Positions 61,315-64,000 of a DNA stretch of 64,000 nt are shown here, one piece after another (position 1 is the first letter of the stretch; every line of letters begins with the position of its first letter). The notes beneath the pieces are model-generated. The model worked only from the letters and a program-made list of their open reading frames with translations, was not told the origin of the DNA and searched no databases. The stretch is from Azolla caroliniana (Eukaryota; Plantae; Polypodiophyta): positions 12,462,001 through 12,526,000 of the forward strand of contig JBHGNT010000009.1 in the NCBI GenBank assembly GCA_043228905.1, written 5' to 3'. The position numbers and the translations under genes are program-made.

Positions 61315-62463
61315 GTATATATGCACTCTAGAGAAGTAGTTGGTTTATCAATAGGGTAGAAGTGGTAGTGAGGAATCTAATTGTCTACACATCTTTATAG
61401 GCTTGTATAACACGCGTATCACCTGGTTTGGAACAGCAAGTAGTTCTTCCTCGAGATTCTTATCTTCAGGTTTATTGTCATTTATTCTCTTGAATGAAAA
61501 CAAAATTTTGGATGCCTCTAGGTTGGCCTAATATTGGGACAATCTTGGAATATGTGCAGGGTTATTTCAACAATATCACAGAATATCTTCAGATTGGGCC
61601 ACCTTTGTATTTTGTTGTGACAGATTATAATTACAGGTAACCTGCCCCATTTGACACAACATAAGAACTCATGACCCCTTTAGAGTTTGGTAGTAAATTC
61701 TTCTATATTGCAGTGTTTCAAGTAATCAAACAAATTTATTGTGTTCTATCAGCCAATGCAATCCTAAGTCGCTTCTGAATGAGGTTAGTGGCCTATTTTC
61801 TGTGAAATTGACCAGTTGATTAAGATTCAGTAAAAATCAGTTTGATGCTTCTCCTCTCCACAGATTTCTCGTGCTGCAGGATCACCAGAAAGTAGCTATA
61901 TTGCGAAGTCAGCTGCTTCATGGTTAGATGATTTCCTTGTTTGGCTTTCTCCAGATGCATTTGGGTGCTGTCGGAAGTTTACAGATGGCAGCTATTGTCC
62001 TCCTGATGATCAGGTAGATGTTGAGAATCAAAACATTTGAAATAAATGCTTAGTGTTGATGCTGTGAGAAAATCATTGACAAGAGATTTAACAAGATATC
62101 ATTTGTAACGATCACTCATTGAGTTTTTGAGGCATTGAGATATAATTCAAACTAAGTCATTGTTATTTTATCCAGCCTCCTTGCTGTGCTGAAGGTGAAG
62201 AATTTTGTGGAGTTAGTGATGTCTGCCAGAACTGCACAACAGTATGTCAGCAGTAAGCCCTAAATTCTTCCTATTGTGCATATGTTCCATTAAAAGCTTT
62301 GTTTTAATTTGTGAGCAGTGTTTTCTTCCTTCTGAGCTACATGGTGGACGACCATCCACGAACCAGTTCAAAGAAAAACTCCCATGGTTTCTGAATGCTT
62401 TGCCTTCTGCAGACTGCAGCAAGGGTGGCGTTGGTGCCTATTCAAGAAGTATTGATCTCAATG
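40718..62463 (+). CDS. NPC1: Niemann-Pick C1-like sterol transporter (Patched/SSD family); multi-exon, 3' end beyond the window
   Basis: Phase-consistent exons: 40718-40759, 45916-45956, 46511-46610, 46752-46859, 46964-47080, 47207-47357, 47431-47681, 47788-47976, 48051-48133, 54048-54165, 54250-54333, 54435-54530, 56855-56956, 57036-57104, 57208-57303, 57383-57490, 57558-57671, 57754-57840, 58943-59071, 59778-59976, 60099-60239, 60352(or 60349)-60404, 60516-60599, 61401-61469, 61560-61636, 61714-61783, 61864-62013, 62176-62241, 62319-62463. Motifs: [84 protein letters not shown] (sterol-sensing domain), [24 protein letters not shown]. The first two exons (signal peptide) are less certain. 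Confidence 0.95.
42042..42873. mobile_element. Non-autonomous hAT element in an NPC1 intron
   Basis: TIRs CAAGGTTGTT / AACAACCATG. Perfect 8-bp TSD CTTATAAC (42034-42041 and 42874-42881). TACG-rich subterminal repeats. Confidence 0.85.
43235..43534. mobile_element. Solo LTR
   Basis: TGTTG...TAACA termini, 5-bp TSD ATAAT on both sides, 300 bp. Confidence 0.75.
43725..44753 (-). mobile_element. Internally deleted Copia K (5' LTR, iMet PBS, gag N-terminus, partial 3' LTR)
   Basis: Repeat 43725-43849 matches 44490-44614. PBS TGGTATCAAAGCC ~44475-44487. Gag ORF 43850-44338 ([11 protein letters not shown]...LPDSW). Flanked by GCTGGG on both sides. Confidence 0.85.
48170..49800 (-). mobile_element. 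RTE/RTEX-like LINE 3' fragment with an LTR-like insert (~48966-49419)
   Basis: C-terminal Zn-finger [19 protein letters not shown] (ORF 48395-48763) and [18 protein letters not shown] (49415-49654). The insert has a TATA at ~49205 and ends in TTACA. Confidence 0.7.
50600..52345 (-). mobile_element. Internally deleted Copia L (RT-RH remnant between LTR pieces)
   Basis: 3' LTR 50600-50853. PPT-like 50854-50863. ORF 50917-52164 ([28 protein letters not shown]). 5' LTR piece 52160-52345. TSD TTGAT/CTGAT. Confidence 0.88.
52163..52329. repeat. 25-27-bp tandem repeat in the Copia L LTR
   Basis: About six units of CACTATCCTAAGTGTGTTCACACACAT, versus about three in the other LTR (50752-50838). Confidence 0.85.
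52579..53002. repeat. Overlapping tandem duplications (~138 bp x2, then ~92 bp x2)
   Basis: 52579-52713 matches 52717-52850, and 52818-52909 matches 52910-53002. Confidence 0.85.
53500..53760 (+). mobile_element. LINE 3' end fragment
   Basis: Reverse-complement match to 48200-48410 (e.g. CACATGTGCCGAAAACCAGATTC). A further + copy lies at ~56090-56320 and a - fragment at ~55485-55950. Confidence 0.7.
61100..61322 (+). mobile_element. Probable tRNA-derived SINE
   Basis: A-box TAGCTCAGCTAGTAG (61107), decayed B-box CATCAAGTCC (61151), and an (ATAC)n/AT tail. No TSD found. Confidence 0.45.
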
Positions 62464-62789
62464 GTATATCTTCCTGTGCTTTTTTGTTGAGTCTTCTTTG
62501 AATTGGTTTTTGCATCCTTTTCAAAGAAAAGAAGACTTATATTAAGAGTAACAGTTTTGTGTCATAGAACATTATTTCTTACATCCATAGACCTCTATTA
62601 ATCATCCACATAACAACCATGTACTTTTTCGAATGTGCATATAACTCATCTCTTCTGTGTCAAAGTCATTGCATAAAGCAGCCACAAATTTTCCCACGCA
62701 ATGGGCAATGCCCCCAAACTTGGTAATCATACGAAATAGTTCATATGATGAGGAATAGTCACAAGGAGATGCTTGCAGTGCAAAATAAC

Positions 62790-64000
62790 TCAGGGTATTT
62801 ATACACACAAACAAGCAAGAGCAACCTTCCAATGCCTCGTGAGCAAGAAGAAGAGATTGTATTTAGCTAGATCTAAAGATCATGTGCATTGCTTGTTTCT
62901 AGGACAAGAAAGTAAAAGAGCATGGAAAATGTTCATGAGAGGCAACCTACCACACAAATGACCTCACCTCAGGTCTGGCATGCAGATGCAAAGGTACTAT
63001 CTGATATCCCGGGGCAGCCTCCACCTCTCCACCCACATGGCTTGGGCCCACATAAATCCACCTTTTTTACTCCAGAAAATGTAAGAAATGCCATTCATCA
63101 ATTACAATTTGGAAGGCTCAGGATCATGATGGATTGGTGGGTGAGCACTTTATCTATGCCCATGACATCTTGCTCCCCTTGCTAGCACACATCTTTAATA
63201 GAACTATGTGTAAAGGTTTCCAGATCCATGGGTTTGTTAGAGGCAGTGGCTAGCACAATTGGAGTGAAACAGGGATGCCCACTATCGCCCATTCTCTTCT
63301 GTCTTTACATAGATGAGGTATCACATTACAAAGAAAGGTTTGGGGGTTCAGGAGCCAAATATTACTATACATATGCTGATATTGTGTTGATTTTTCACTC
63401 TCCGGAGGGACTATAAAGACATCTAAATGTCTTTAAACTATTTTGTATGGACAAAGATTTTGCGATAAACATGGATAAAATTAAAGCGACAGTGTTTAAC
63501 ACCAGTCAGGCATGGGTAACAAGATCAGAACCAGATTTCTTCTTAGGAGAGGAAAAGGTAGAATACACACGCTCCTACACATACTTAGGAGTAACATTTA
63601 CAAGGCCTAGGTTCTCCTTACGGAAGGCTGCTTGTGCTTGAGTTTCTTGTGGATATGCAGCCCTTGGTGCTCTCAAAAGACAATGCGCACATTTGTAGTT
63701 CCAAGAGCCACAAACTAAATTGTGACTATTTGATACACTTGTGATTCCAACTCTTCTCTATGGAGTAGAAACGTGGGGACCGAGTCTTCAAGGCAAATTA
63801 CTGGAAAGATTTAGAGATCCCTTTAGTGTAAATGAATGTCTGCATTGTAAGTAGCAAAGCATCGGTGCCCCATGATACAACCTGTATCCAATGTCTTTGG
63901 GAGCTTCCTAAAGGAAGGTACTCAAGTTTGGCACTTATGTCATCAAGACAACTGGCTGAACATGACGACATTCATTGTTGGTAGGCTGAAATGCAGCAAT
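62790..64000 (+). mobile_element. RTE/RTEX-like LINE with decayed RT, in an NPC1 intron
   Basis: GVKQGCPLSPILFCLYID, YADIVL and YTYLGVTF motifs (ORFs 63228-63416 and 63447-63641). Confidence 0.85.

Noticed and set aside
40718-62463. NPC1 as a pseudogene because the ORF track is fragmented
   Set aside because: The exons join in consistent phase with valid splice sites, and I found no in-frame stops.

Overview
Eukaryotic plant genomic DNA, most likely from a non-seed land plant such as a fern (inferred from Tcn1-like chromoviruses, RTE/RTEX-type LINEs and the intron-rich gene; not verifiable here). Bases 1-39435 are a deep nest of LTR retrotransposons: Copia elements B, C, H; Gypsy elements A, D, E, F, J; chromoviruses G, I; plus one Mutator-type MITE. 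Bases ~40170-64000 hold the 5' part of a + strand Niemann-Pick C1 (NPC1)-like sterol transporter gene (29 coding exons traced, continuing past the window). Its introns contain LINE fragments, Copia remnants, solo LTRs, a hAT element and a probable SINE. Most notable: four different Gypsy LTR types each embed a tRNA-like A-box/B-box module. The chromovirus LTRs combine this module (antisense, in U3) with a phased heat-shock-element array, a TATA box and a Tf1-style self-priming site. Also seen: a Copia copy apparently moved without integrase, a duplicated PPT/U3 segment read in-frame as a Pol tail, a -1 frameshift placed after the protease, and inverted LINE ends that could loop out a 5.9-kb intron. 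Element letters are my own labels. Coordinates were read by eye and may be off by a few bases.
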